Source: Candidatus Hydrogenedentota bacterium
GTDB lineage: Bacteria; Hydrogenedentota; Hydrogenedentia; Hydrogenedentales; SLHB01
Length of the DNA: 64,000 bases
Assembly: GCA_963668025.2 (NCBI GenBank)
Contig: CAXXTH010000010.1
Coordinates: forward strand, 320,001-384,000
Reading direction: 5' to 3'
The notes beneath the pieces are model-generated. The model searched no databases and was not told the DNA's origin. It worked only from the letters and a program-made list of their open reading frames with translations. Position 1 is the stretch's first letter. Every line of letters begins with the position of its first letter. Made by a program: the position numbers and the translations under genes. This document shows positions 34,552-44,131 of this stretch, piece by piece.

Positions 34552-34828
34552 TTTGCTGTTTACTCCTGCTCCACGGACTATTCTATGCAAGGCGGCATTT
34601 TTTTAATCGCTTCAAACATCATCATAGCATAGCAATGAGACAGTTCCGAGCTTGCGCAGAAACGGCAGCCTTCAGATCAAAAATGGAAAGAACGGTGAAA
34701 AATGAATAGAATACCTCGATTCTGGATAACACGGATAAAGGCATATGGATTATCTGAATCCCTAGTAATTTATATGAAGTCTGCTGTTCAAACACGCGGC
34801 GCATGCTTATAGAAAGAGGTGGCCATTT

Positions 34829-35887
34829 ATGACTGCTCGAAGCAATGGGGTGGATGCCGCGAAAGGGTTTGCAATTTTACTTGTATGCATTTATCACATA
34901 TGGAGATATTTGGATAGGCCATCATTTGAATGGCTAGGGTTTGATTTTTTTGCCATGTTCCGCCGTGGCGATATTGGTGTGGAATTTTTCTTCGTGATCT
35001 CTGGCTATCTGTCTGCCCTGTCGTTATCTAAGAAAGATGCGGCGTCCCAGACTCTTGCTGTTTTTTTCCCATCACGGCTGTTTCGCTTGATTGTGCCCTA
35101 TTATACCGCCCTGCTTTTCTGGGTGATTGTCTTGCATTTTGAACTGATACGGCCTTGCCCGCATAGCTTTTTTGACATCATTGCCCATATGACATTTATG
35201 CATACGTTATGCCCGAGCACGTTTTTCAGCATATCTGGCGTTTTTTGGTTTCTAGGCTCGATGATGCAACTGTATTTGCTTACTCCATTGATCTATAAAC
35301 TGGCAAAGAAAAGCCCTTGGCTTGTGTTTGCTCTTACCACCGCCATCAGTTATTTCGCCAATTACTATGCGAAAACTATCGCTGGCGACAATTTCATGGT
35401 TCTGACCTATAGCGCGATAAGCTATTTGCCCTTGATAGTGATGGGTTTCATCCTGTTTGACAAGGAGCAGGCGTTCCGCAAGTTTTTTTCTTCGCCATTC
35501 GTACTGCCGGTATATTTGCTTGTGGTGTTTCTCTTGCTGTTCAGAGCGACATACCGCTTTGGCTACTTTGAATTCACCGATGTGGTGGCTGGGCTAGTCC
35601 TTGGGCTTTCCATGCCGTTGCTTAATCATGAGCGTTGTAACAAGCTCATATCATTTTGCCCACTGCTTCCTTTGATCGGCAGGGCGTCATTTTCCATATT
35701 TGCGTATAATTATATTTACTTGATCACTGGGGAACCGGTTTATAGCGGTTTGGCGGGATGGCTATACACGCTCACCCAAGTGCTTTCTTTTGGGCTGTTG
35801 ATGTATTGGCTTGTTGAAAAAGGTGCGCTTCCCTATATTATTCAGCATTGGACAGGCGCATTCAGCGCAAAAAAACAGGACAACTAA
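34829..35887 (+). CDS. Acyltransferase family 3 (OafA-like O-acyltransferase), low GC
   Basis: D..KG.AIL.V..YH, GV.FFFVISGY, R..RL..PY, WFL...QLY motifs; multi-TM. Confidence 0.9.
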   Translation: MTARSNGVDAAKGFAILLVCIYHIWRYLDRPSFEWLGFDFFAMFRRGDIGVEFFFVISGYLSALSLSKKDAASQTLAVFFPSRLFRLIVPYYTALLFWVIVLHFELIRPCPHSFFDIIAHMTFMHTLCPSTFFSISGVFWFLGSMMQLYLLTPLIYKLAKKSPWLVFALTTAISYFANYYAKTIAGDNFMVLTYSAISYLPLIVMGFILFDKEQAFRKFFSSPFVLPVYLLVVFLLLFRATYRFGYFEFTDVVAGLVLGLSMPLLNHERCNKLISFCPLLPLIGRASFSIFAYNYIYLITGEPVYSGLAGWLYTLTQVLSFGLLMYWLVEKGALPYIIQHWTGAFSAKKQDN

Positions 35888-35966
35888 TGTATAGGATGAG
35901 TTGTTCACTTGAAGCAGGGCCTTTTCCTGCTGTATTTCCCATCCTTTAAGGAGGCGCGATTACCTG

Positions 35967-37136
35967 TTGAGGCTTGCTCTTGAAAAGTTGTACCGCGTAA
36001 TCGCCTCGACGAGGACTTCCTGCGTCCTGTTTCTTCTTTTGTTGCTGCTCACGTTTTACGGAACCTTATACCAGGTCGAGTACGGGCTGTATCCCGCCCA
36101 GCAGAAATATTTCGCTTCCTTCTTTCTTGTCCATTGGGCCTTTGGCGCTATCCCAATCCCGCTGCCAGGCGCTTACCTCATTCTTGTGGTCTTGTTCGCC
36201 AATCTCTTGTGCGGTGCGATTTTTCGAGCGCGCAAAGGATGGGCAAAAATGGGCACTCTGATCACCCATGTGGGCATACTGCTCTTGCTTTTGGGCGCAT
36301 TTGTCGCGCATGAATGCTCGGATTCGGGGTATATGCTGCTCCACGAAGGGGATCGCGCGGCCTATTTTGAACAGTACCGAAGCTGGGAAATTGTAGCGGG
36401 TGAGGAAATAGACGGCCAATATACGGACGCGTATGTCCTTGCAGGCAAACGCTTTGACTCTATCGAGCCAGGCGAAATCCAGGCATTCTCCATCCCGAAT
36501 CTGCCCTTTGATCTCTCGGTGGACCGCTATATCGAGAATTGCGACCGGGTTCCCGGCGCACCCAACGCCTCCCCGGACACCAAAACGGTGGGCGGATACC
36601 GCCTGCTACCGCTCGCGTCTTACGCGGATGCGGAACGCAACACGCCGGGGGCGTATATTACGCTTCAACCAAAATATACCGGAGAACCACGCGAAGCCTT
36701 GTTATGGGGCGGGCCGTCTGCCCCGGTTCAGTTCATTGACGGTGGCAAATCGTATTCCATCACGCTCCGCCGCCAGCGCTCGGAGCTTCCTTTCCGCCTT
36801 ACGCTGGATTCGTTCACGCATGAGATGCATCCCCGGTCTAATATGCCCAAGGAATTCAAAAGCAGCATCACTAAGGAAGAAGGGGGCGTCCGCCAAGCCT
36901 TTTCCGTCACCATGAATGAGCCTTTCCGGCATCAAGGCTATACCTTTTACCAATCCTCCTGGGGCATGTCGGGCGAGGGGAAAACAGCAAAGCCATATAC
37001 CATTCTGGCTGTCGTGCGGAATCCCGCCGAACAATGGCCTCAATACGCCTGCCTCATCATCACACTCGGCATGGCGCTCCATTTTGTATACAAATTGTCG
37101 TCGTATTTGAAAATGGAGGCCCGGCAGCGCCCATGA
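35967..37136 (+). CDS. ResB/CcsB-like cytochrome c biogenesis protein
   Basis: GTLYQ, TH.G....G, LPF...L..F, MNEPFR..GYTFYQSS; coupled to the next gene. Confidence 0.85.
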   Translation: MRLALEKLYRVIASTRTSCVLFLLLLLLTFYGTLYQVEYGLYPAQQKYFASFFLVHWAFGAIPIPLPGAYLILVVLFANLLCGAIFRARKGWAKMGTLITHVGILLLLLGAFVAHECSDSGYMLLHEGDRAAYFEQYRSWEIVAGEEIDGQYTDAYVLAGKRFDSIEPGEIQAFSIPNLPFDLSVDRYIENCDRVPGAPNASPDTKTVGGYRLLPLASYADAERNTPGAYITLQPKYTGEPREALLWGGPSAPVQFIDGGKSYSITLRRQRSELPFRLTLDSFTHEMHPRSNMPKEFKSSITKEEGGVRQAFSVTMNEPFRHQGYTFYQSSWGMSGEGKTAKPYTILAVVRNPAEQWPQYACLIITLGMALHFVYKLSSYLKMEARQRP

Positions 37137-39094
37137 CGCCTTCCATGCTGCGATATGCGGCCTTTTCATTGGCCATTATGGTGTTGGCGGCCCATCCCGT
37201 ACCTGCACAGGATATGCCTGCCTGGACGCCGCAAACCTTGCGCATGCTGGCCACACTGCCCGTGCAGGATGAAGGCCGGATCAAGCCGCTCGACACGGTG
37301 GCGGCGTTTAAACTCCTGCGCTTTAATGGCAAACGCTCCTGCCGGAATCTGGAAGGAGAAACCATCCCGCCCATCGCATGGCTTGCCGATTGCCTGTTTC
37401 ATCCCGAACTGGCTCGCCAATACAAGATCTTCCGCATCGACAACGCTGAAGTCTTGGAGTCCCTTGGCCTGCCATTCACCAAAAAACGCGACCGGTATGC
37501 GTATGATGATCTTGCCCCAGCTTCTCAGAAGCTCTTCGCGCTGGCCCAGTTATATGCGCAAAAGGAAGCAAAAAAACGTACACCCTTGGAGAACCAAATC
37601 GTGTATCTCGGCGGCAATGTGCGTGAATTCGAGGCCCTTATGGCCTACGCCGATTTTACCCGAGCTCCACTTAACGTAGGTGAGAGCCGCACCTTGGCCG
37701 CGTTATTTCCCGGCCAAACCCATGTCTCGCTGAGTGTGGCGCTTCAAAAGACGCCCGATATCGTGCAAGCCTATCTTTCCATGAAAGGGCATGCCGGCTC
37801 CTCGGTGCCAGATTTTCTTACAGAAATGGCCGCGATGGAGTCTTTCATGGACTCCGTCGAGCATGCCGCAGCCCCAGCACAGGCATTCGCCCTTTTTCCT
37901 CCGTCTGGTGATCCCAAGGAAACGGAATGGCTGGCTCCCTCCGATATGCTCGAATATATGGTATCGGGAAAGACGCTTGACCCATCCGTCATCGAATTGC
38001 TGGCGGCCTTCGAGACACTGGATAGCCTCAGAGATAATCCTTCCGGCTTTGAAGGGCAACTCGCGGTCTTTCACGCCGCGTTGGTGCGGTTAGCGGAGAA
38101 CCGGGGCGAATATGGCAAGATTCCACTGGAGGTGTGCTTTTACCGTCTCAAGCTTTTTTATTACAGCCTGGTGCTATATATCGCCAGTTTTTTGCTTATC
38201 GCCTGTTCCTGGCTGCGACCGCAAGGCCGTATGCTCGCCCGGCTTGGAATGCCTGCTGTCCTGCTTCCCACGGCGCTGCTGGCCGCCGGGATTGCATTGC
38301 GCTGTATCATCCGTGGCCGCCCGCCCGTGACCACCCTCTACGAAACCATCCTGTTCACCACCGCCGTGGCGGTATCCGCATCATTATGTATTGAAAAAGT
38401 AAACCGCCAGCGGGTGGCGTTGTCATTGGCCTCGATTCTCGGCGTACTTGGAGTTTTTCTTGCGAACAAATATGAATTGAGCGATGGAACTGACACGATG
38501 CCAAGCATGGCCGCCGTGCTCGACACCAATTTCTGGCTGGCCACCCATGTCACTACCATCACCATCGGCTACGCCGCGGGCCTACTGGCTGGCGCACTCG
38601 GACATGCCTATGTCTTCGGCAGGCTGTTGCGCTGGCGGAGCCATGAGCCGGATTTCTATCCATCCGTGGCCCGGATGATTTATGGCGTATTTTGTTTCGG
38701 ACTGCTTTTTTCCGTGCTGGGCACTATATTAGGCGGCATTTGGGCCGCTGAAAGCTGGGGCCGGTTTTGGGGCTGGGATCCAAAAGAAAATGGCGCATTG
38801 ATGATTGTGTTATGGCAATTGGCCGTCTTGCATGCCCGGGCGGATGGCCTTATTCGCGATGCGGGCATCGCATTAGGCGCGATTCTGGGCGGAGTCATCG
38901 TCACGTTTTCCTGGTTCGGCGTCAACTTGCTTGGCGTTGGATTGCACAGCTACGGATTCACCAGCGGCACGTTTCATCTTCTAATGGCCTTTTATGCCGT
39001 TGAACTGCTGATAGTCCTACTGGGTTGCGTGGCCTGGTTCCGCGATAGGCGTTTACCGGGAACCTCTTCTAATACGCCAACAGACAAGGCTTGA
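37133..39094 (+). CDS. ccsA: Cytochrome c biogenesis protein CcsA/ResC (System II)
   Basis: GRIKPLDT, GRPPVTTLYE, WLATHV, GGIWAAESWGRFWGWDPKEN (WWD domain), GLHSYG. Confidence 0.92.
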   Translation: MTPSMLRYAAFSLAIMVLAAHPVPAQDMPAWTPQTLRMLATLPVQDEGRIKPLDTVAAFKLLRFNGKRSCRNLEGETIPPIAWLADCLFHPELARQYKIFRIDNAEVLESLGLPFTKKRDRYAYDDLAPASQKLFALAQLYAQKEAKKRTPLENQIVYLGGNVREFEALMAYADFTRAPLNVGESRTLAALFPGQTHVSLSVALQKTPDIVQAYLSMKGHAGSSVPDFLTEMAAMESFMDSVEHAAAPAQAFALFPPSGDPKETEWLAPSDMLEYMVSGKTLDPSVIELLAAFETLDSLRDNPSGFEGQLAVFHAALVRLAENRGEYGKIPLEVCFYRLKLFYYSLVLYIASFLLIACSWLRPQGRMLARLGMPAVLLPTALLAAGIALRCIIRGRPPVTTLYETILFTTAVAVSASLCIEKVNRQRVALSLASILGVLGVFLANKYELSDGTDTMPSMAAVLDTNFWLATHVTTITIGYAAGLLAGALGHAYVFGRLLRWRSHEPDFYPSVARMIYGVFCFGLLFSVLGTILGGIWAAESWGRFWGWDPKENGALMIVLWQLAVLHARADGLIRDAGIALGAILGGVIVTFSWFGVNLLGVGLHSYGFTSGTFHLLMAFYAVELLIVLLGCVAWFRDRRLPGTSSNTPTDKA

Positions 39095-39151
39095 GGCAAT
39101 CGCCGTCTGTTGGTATGATTCCATCCATGTATAACCATAGAGGATGCCATA

Positions 39152-40483
39152 TTGGATAATGTAGCACCATTGGTTTCAGATTGTTCCGCCCGGCGCGTCT
39201 TGATCGCGGATGACGAATCCCTTGTCCTCAATGTGCTTCAACGTTTTATCGAGCAATCGTTTCATTGTGAAGTCGTGGCGTGTGGAAGTGGCGATGAAGC
39301 GCTCCAGTTACTGGATGCATCCATTTTCGACCTATTCATCTCCGATATGCTAATGCCGGGGCTCCATGGACTCGAATTGGTGAAACTGGCCAAACAACAG
39401 CGCCCCGACTGCGACATCATTGTTATGACCGCATATCCGTATGAATTTCCGTATGTTGAAGTCGTCCAGGCTGGGGCTTCGGATTTCATTGAAAAGCCGC
39501 ACCCTTCCCAAGAAATGTGCGCTAAAATGCTCCGTATTTTCGGCGAACGCGAAATGCGGGAAGAGCTGAGGCGGGAACGGCAGCGCGCCGTGGACGATAT
39601 GGAGGCCATCCGCGCCCTTCAAGCCGCCCGGGCAATTGCCGAAGAGAAATATGGCCGCCTGTTTGAACTGAGCATGAATGGCATGCTGGTTATCGAGCCC
39701 AATACATTTATCGTTGATGATGTCAATCAGGCGTTCTGTGAATTATGCGGCCGCCCGCAAAGCGAATTGCTGGGCCACCCTATGTCCGAATTTATCGTTC
39801 CCCTGGACGCCGAACGGTTCCTCCTGGGCTGTGAGGCCATGTCCATGGCAGGCAAAGGAGCCATGGCGGACATCCGCCTGCTCCGTCCAAACGGCGAAGA
39901 GGTTTGGCTCGATATCAGCGTGACCTTCATACAAAGCCGCCTCGAATGCTCCGTTTTGCTCGTATGCAAGGATGTGACGGAACAACATGCCATCGAAGAC
40001 CAATTGGTCCGCATGGCGAGCCGGGATGAATTGACCGGCTTGCTCAACCAGCGCGCCTTCTACTCGAGGCTGGATGGCGCTATTGCCACTGCCTTGTGGC
40101 AAGGCAGCCCCCTCTCGCTGGTATTTATTGACCTGGATAACTTCAAGCAATGCAATGACACCTTGGGCCACCAGACCGGCGACGCGGTCTTGAACCTGGT
40201 TGGACGCCTGATCCGGCAACATTTGCGGGGCGCGGATGAAGGTTTCCGGTATGGCGGCGATGAATTCGCATTGCTGATGTCAGGGGCAAACAGAAATTCC
40301 GCCGTATCTGCTGCCCAGCGTTTGCGCGCGGCATTTCTAGAAACCAACAGCCATGGCGTTTCCATGAGCTGTGGCGTGGCCGAGTTTCGCCCGGGAATCG
40401 ACGCCAAGCATCTCGTGAAAGCCGCAGATGACGCGCTATATCACGCCAAATCTTCCGGTAAAGACACCGTACGGACGGCGTGA
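39152..40483 (+). CDS. REC-PAS-GGDEF diguanylate cyclase
   Basis: ADDE..D.LMPG.HG receiver, PAS ending KDVTE, DELTGLLN, DLDNFK..ND..GH..GD, intact GGDEF. Confidence 0.93.
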   Translation: MDNVAPLVSDCSARRVLIADDESLVLNVLQRFIEQSFHCEVVACGSGDEALQLLDASIFDLFISDMLMPGLHGLELVKLAKQQRPDCDIIVMTAYPYEFPYVEVVQAGASDFIEKPHPSQEMCAKMLRIFGEREMREELRRERQRAVDDMEAIRALQAARAIAEEKYGRLFELSMNGMLVIEPNTFIVDDVNQAFCELCGRPQSELLGHPMSEFIVPLDAERFLLGCEAMSMAGKGAMADIRLLRPNGEEVWLDISVTFIQSRLECSVLLVCKDVTEQHAIEDQLVRMASRDELTGLLNQRAFYSRLDGAIATALWQGSPLSLVFIDLDNFKQCNDTLGHQTGDAVLNLVGRLIRQHLRGADEGFRYGGDEFALLMSGANRNSAVSAAQRLRAAFLETNSHGVSMSCGVAEFRPGIDAKHLVKAADDALYHAKSSGKDTVRTA

Positions 40484-40490
40484 GCATATC

Positions 40491-41447
40491 ATGGGAGCCG
40501 TCATCAGCGCCGTATTTCCTGTATTTGGAGTAGTGGGCATCGCCTATCTCCTGCGTCGGCTGTTTGACCTGCACGCCAGAACCCTCGCCACGCTGAATAT
40601 TTACTTCTTTCTGCCTTCCCTTGTGTTTACAAGCCTGGTCCAGCGGACCATCGAATGGCCTGTATTTGGCCGTGTCGCCGCCGCTACCGTATTGCTCACC
40701 ACCGCCTTGTCCTTACTAGCCATTGGCGTGGCCCGCTTGCGCCACATGAATTCCGAACAAGAGAGCGCCTTTCTGTTAAGCATATTCCCCAATTTGGGAA
40801 ATTTCGGCCTCCCTGTGGCCACATTCGCCTTCGGAGCGGCGGAAGGCTTGCCGCTGGCGGTGGTGGTCATGGTGTGCGGAAGCCTGGTGCAAAACAGCCT
40901 GGGCGTCTACTATGCACAGCGCAGCCACCACGGCGCGCTGCGTTCGTTAAGCCACGTGTTCCGATTCCCCGCAGTCTACGCATTTGCGTTCGCCTTGCTT
41001 TTTCAGCATCTAGGCTGGCGCGCGCCTGAATCCGTTCCCACATGGGAAGGCGGTTTTCTGCCAGCCCTTGGGCTTGCCGCATCTTGCACCTTGTTTCGCG
41101 CCATCGAGATCGCCGCGGCAGGAACTATTCCCATACAACTGGTCATTCTCGGCCTGCAACTGGCCGAGACCCGCCTGGAACGGGGAGCAGACATGGTGTT
41201 AGCCGTGCTCTTGCGGCTCTGCGCCGCACCGGCCGCCGCCTTTGCCATGGCTTGCGTGGTCGGCCTGGCCGATCTGCCCGCCAAAGTCTTTATTCTGCAA
41301 CATGCGGGGCCTGTAGCCGTAGGCATGGCGGTGTATGGCGTTCAATTCAATGTGAAACCCGGATTCCTGGCAAGCGTGGTCTCGTGGACCTTTCTATTCA
41401 GCATCCTAAGCGTGAGCGTTGTCCTGGCGCTGCTGTTTCGTATGTGA
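40491..41447 (+). CDS. AEC (auxin efflux carrier) family transporter
   Basis: FLPSLVF, PNLGNFGLP, IPIQLVILG.QL; about 10 TM. Confidence 0.88.
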   Translation: MGAVISAVFPVFGVVGIAYLLRRLFDLHARTLATLNIYFFLPSLVFTSLVQRTIEWPVFGRVAAATVLLTTALSLLAIGVARLRHMNSEQESAFLLSIFPNLGNFGLPVATFAFGAAEGLPLAVVVMVCGSLVQNSLGVYYAQRSHHGALRSLSHVFRFPAVYAFAFALLFQHLGWRAPESVPTWEGGFLPALGLAASCTLFRAIEIAAAGTIPIQLVILGLQLAETRLERGADMVLAVLLRLCAAPAAAFAMACVVGLADLPAKVFILQHAGPVAVGMAVYGVQFNVKPGFLASVVSWTFLFSILSVSVVLALLFRM

Positions 41448-41665
41448 GCGCCATCGCTGGAACGGGCGAAATTATTCCGCTCTGTTCATTGTTGACATAC
41501 AGGATTTCAATGACGCAAGCACACTTTGCTCCCTTTGGAATGCTTCGTTATAATCCTCGTGGAATGAGCCGGGTGCTGTTTTGGGGATGGGGGCTCACTG
41601 CGCTGAAACGCGAAAGATCCGTTAAGGATAACATATGCGGTATAAACCGATGGAGGTTCGTTAAA

Positions 41666-41983
41666 ATGAGTAATGCGCGTGAATTGACGAGTGCGGATTT
41701 TGATGCGACCGTGAAATCCGGGGTGACGTTAGTGGATTTCTGGGCGGAGTGGTGCGGCCCCTGCCGTATGATGGCTCCGGTATTGGATGAATTGGCGAAC
41801 GAATATAAAGATAAGGTTACGGTCGCTAAGATCAATGTCGATAACGAGAACGATCTGGCGGGCCGGTTCAACGTCATGAGCATCCCCACACTCCTCGTGT
41901 TTAAAGACGGGGAAGTGCAGAAGCGGTTTGTCGGCGTGACCTCGAAATCGGACCTTTCCGAAGCATTTGACGCCTGCTTGTAA
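41666..41983 (+). CDS. trxA: Thioredoxin
   Basis: VDFWAEWCGPC, SIPTL; GGAGG RBS. Confidence 0.97.
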   Translation: MSNARELTSADFDATVKSGVTLVDFWAEWCGPCRMMAPVLDELANEYKDKVTVAKINVDNENDLAGRFNVMSIPTLLVFKDGEVQKRFVGVTSKSDLSEAFDACL

Positions 41984-42028
41984 AAACCCTTAACACCATA
42001 TAAAGAAACAAGATAGCTCATGTGGACC

Positions 42029-42053
42029 GCGGCAGCTTGCTGCCGCTTTTTTT
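42029..42053 (+). terminator. REP-derived hairpin plus T-tract after trxA
   Basis: GCGGCAGCTTGCTGCCGC-TTTTTTT; same core at 58508-58533 and 60585-60610, variant at 60645-60667. Confidence 0.75.
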
Positions 42054-42106
42054 ATTCTGTTTCGATTTTGTAGTTTGTTTCCTCTTTTAAATGAAGTAAA
42101 AAGCAG

Positions 42107-42532
42107 CTACTCGTTATCCGCCTGCACGGCGCGGCGATTCCGCTTAAGGACGCTGCGCTGCTGTTTCTGTTCGGCATGGCGCACTTTGGATGCGCGGGTG
42201 GGCCGTGTCGGATGGCGGGGTTTGGGCGGTTCTGCGGCGGCCCGTATTAAGACCGATAAACGCTCGATAGCGTCCACGCGGTTCTGCTCCTGTGTGCGGT
42301 AACGCCGGGCGTCAATGATCAATACGCCTTCAACTGAAAGACGCTTGCCCGCAAGGCGCATCAGGCGCGCCCGCACTTCTTCCGGCAGCGCTGGCGATTG
42401 GCCGGCATCAAAACGGAGCTGCGCCGCCGTGGCCACTTTATTCACATTTTGCCCGCCCGGACCCGACGCGCGCACGAAATCGAATTGAATCTCGTTTTCA
42501 TCAATGCAGATAGTGTCCGTTACGTGTATCAT
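42107..42532 (-). CDS. arfB: Alternative ribosome rescue peptidyl-tRNA hydrolase
   Basis: RASGPGGQNVNKV, RTQEQNR, basic C-terminal tail. Confidence 0.95.
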   Translation of the reverse strand: MIHVTDTICIDENEIQFDFVRASGPGGQNVNKVATAAQLRFDAGQSPALPEEVRARLMRLAGKRLSVEGVLIIDARRYRTQEQNRVDAIERLSVLIRAAAEPPKPRHPTRPTRASKVRHAEQKQQRSVLKRNRRAVQADNE

Positions 42533-42640
42533 AAGAAGAGGATACGCTTTGGCGGTGGAGAGGCTCAAGTGTGGCTCGAGGGCTTCCTGCCGCCGATAAG
42601 CGCATGGGAAAAGATTGCCGTAACGATAGGTGATGCGCAC

Positions 42641-43597
42641 ATGGAAGACATGCTCCTGGGTGTGGAAATCGGCGGCGCGAAATTACAGCTTGTATTGGCC
42701 CGTCCGCCGTGTGAGATCATCGCGTCGCGTCGCGGCTCCGTTCCTGTGGGCGCTGAGGCGCTGGATATCCTCGAGTGGATCGCGGAGGAAGCGCCCACGC
42801 TCATCCACGCCGCCCGCGAACATGGCGGCCATGTAGGGCGTATCGGCGTGGGCTTCGGCGGCCCGGTCGATACCGCCATGGGCCGCTCGATGATGTCGCA
42901 CCAAGTGGGCGGATGGCAGGATGTAGGGCTGAAAAGCTGGTTTGAACAAACCTTTGGCCTGCCCACGCTTGTCGCCAACGACAGCAATGCCGCAGGCTGG
43001 GCCGAATTCCGCATCGGCGCGGGCAAGGGAACACGGCATTTCTTTTACACCAATATCGGCAGCGGCATTGGCGGAGCATTGATTATCAGCGGACACCTGC
43101 ACAATGGCCAGGGATTCGGCGCGGGCGAGTTGGGCCATATGCGCGTGCCAGACTGGACCTCTCCCGAATCAGGCGCTTCGGACATACTCGAACACCTTTG
43201 CTCGGGATGGGCCATCGAACGGCGCATCCGCAAAATCCCTATCGAACCCGGCTCGCCCCTGGCGCGCCTTAGCGGCGGGGAGCCGGAAAACCGCACCTGC
43301 GCCATGCTTAGCGCGGCGGCGCTCGAGGGCGACGCCTATGCCTGCGCCGAGATCGGGCATATCGCCCACACCATGGGACTCGCCATCGCGAATGTCATCA
43401 CGCTGGCCCATCCCGAGCGCGTGGCGGTGGGCGGGGGCGTCAGCCTCATGGGCGAAACGTTGTTCGAGCCCCTGCGCCGGGCGGTCCATGAACATGTATT
43501 CAAGCCCTATCGCGGCCATTACGCCATCGTGCCCTGCGGGCTGGGCGAGCAGGCCGTCCCAATAGGGGCGATCTTGCTGGCGCAAGAGCCTGCGTAG
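42641..43597 (+). CDS. ROK-family sugar kinase
   Basis: GVEIGG, GVGFGGP, NDSNAA, GSGIGG, GELGH. Confidence 0.9.
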   Translation: MEDMLLGVEIGGAKLQLVLARPPCEIIASRRGSVPVGAEALDILEWIAEEAPTLIHAAREHGGHVGRIGVGFGGPVDTAMGRSMMSHQVGGWQDVGLKSWFEQTFGLPTLVANDSNAAGWAEFRIGAGKGTRHFFYTNIGSGIGGALIISGHLHNGQGFGAGELGHMRVPDWTSPESGASDILEHLCSGWAIERRIRKIPIEPGSPLARLSGGEPENRTCAMLSAAALEGDAYACAEIGHIAHTMGLAIANVITLAHPERVAVGGGVSLMGETLFEPLRRAVHEHVFKPYRGHYAIVPCGLGEQAVPIGAILLAQEPA

Positions 43598-43666
43598 ATA
43601 TTATTTTGCATCATAAGGCATAAGCGGCACCGCGCGGCGGAGCCGCAACCAAAGCTCCGGATTTTG

Positions 43667-43970
43667 CACCACGAAGAAACGAAGAACACGAAGATTTTCC
43701 ACAGATGGCGCAGATGCCACAGATGAAAATCTAGAATGGATAGTTTTACTTCGTGTTCTTCGTGGTGGAAATCTGGTCTCTAACGAGTGGATGTATATTA
43801 ATTTACACAGAAAATCCATACAAGGAAACAAGATCTCGACAAATAGTAGTATTAAAATATTAAGTGAAACACTTTGTGACTCTGGCCACACGGTTGTCAA
43901 TCGCTCATCAGTGCCATCTGTGGGTCAATTTTTTTTTAATGGTTGTAGGGTGGGGCTTGCCCCACCGCTC
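43667..43970. repeat. Interleaved inverted short-period repeat pairs plus a GTAG REP
   Basis: 43667-43693 pairs with 43749-43767; 43699-43725 pairs with 43906-43923; REP at 43945-43970. Confidence 0.75.
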
Positions 43971-44131
43971 GACGGGCTAAGAAGACGGCGGAAAACTCCT
44001 TGTCCCTGACATGCCATCATGAACTGCCTTAGTAGCCACGCGACGCCGCTCGTGATATGATGGCGTCGTTCCCCCAAACGCCCACATCCACATTCAGACT
44101 CCACGGGGAAACGCGGGAAAGGAGCGGCATC

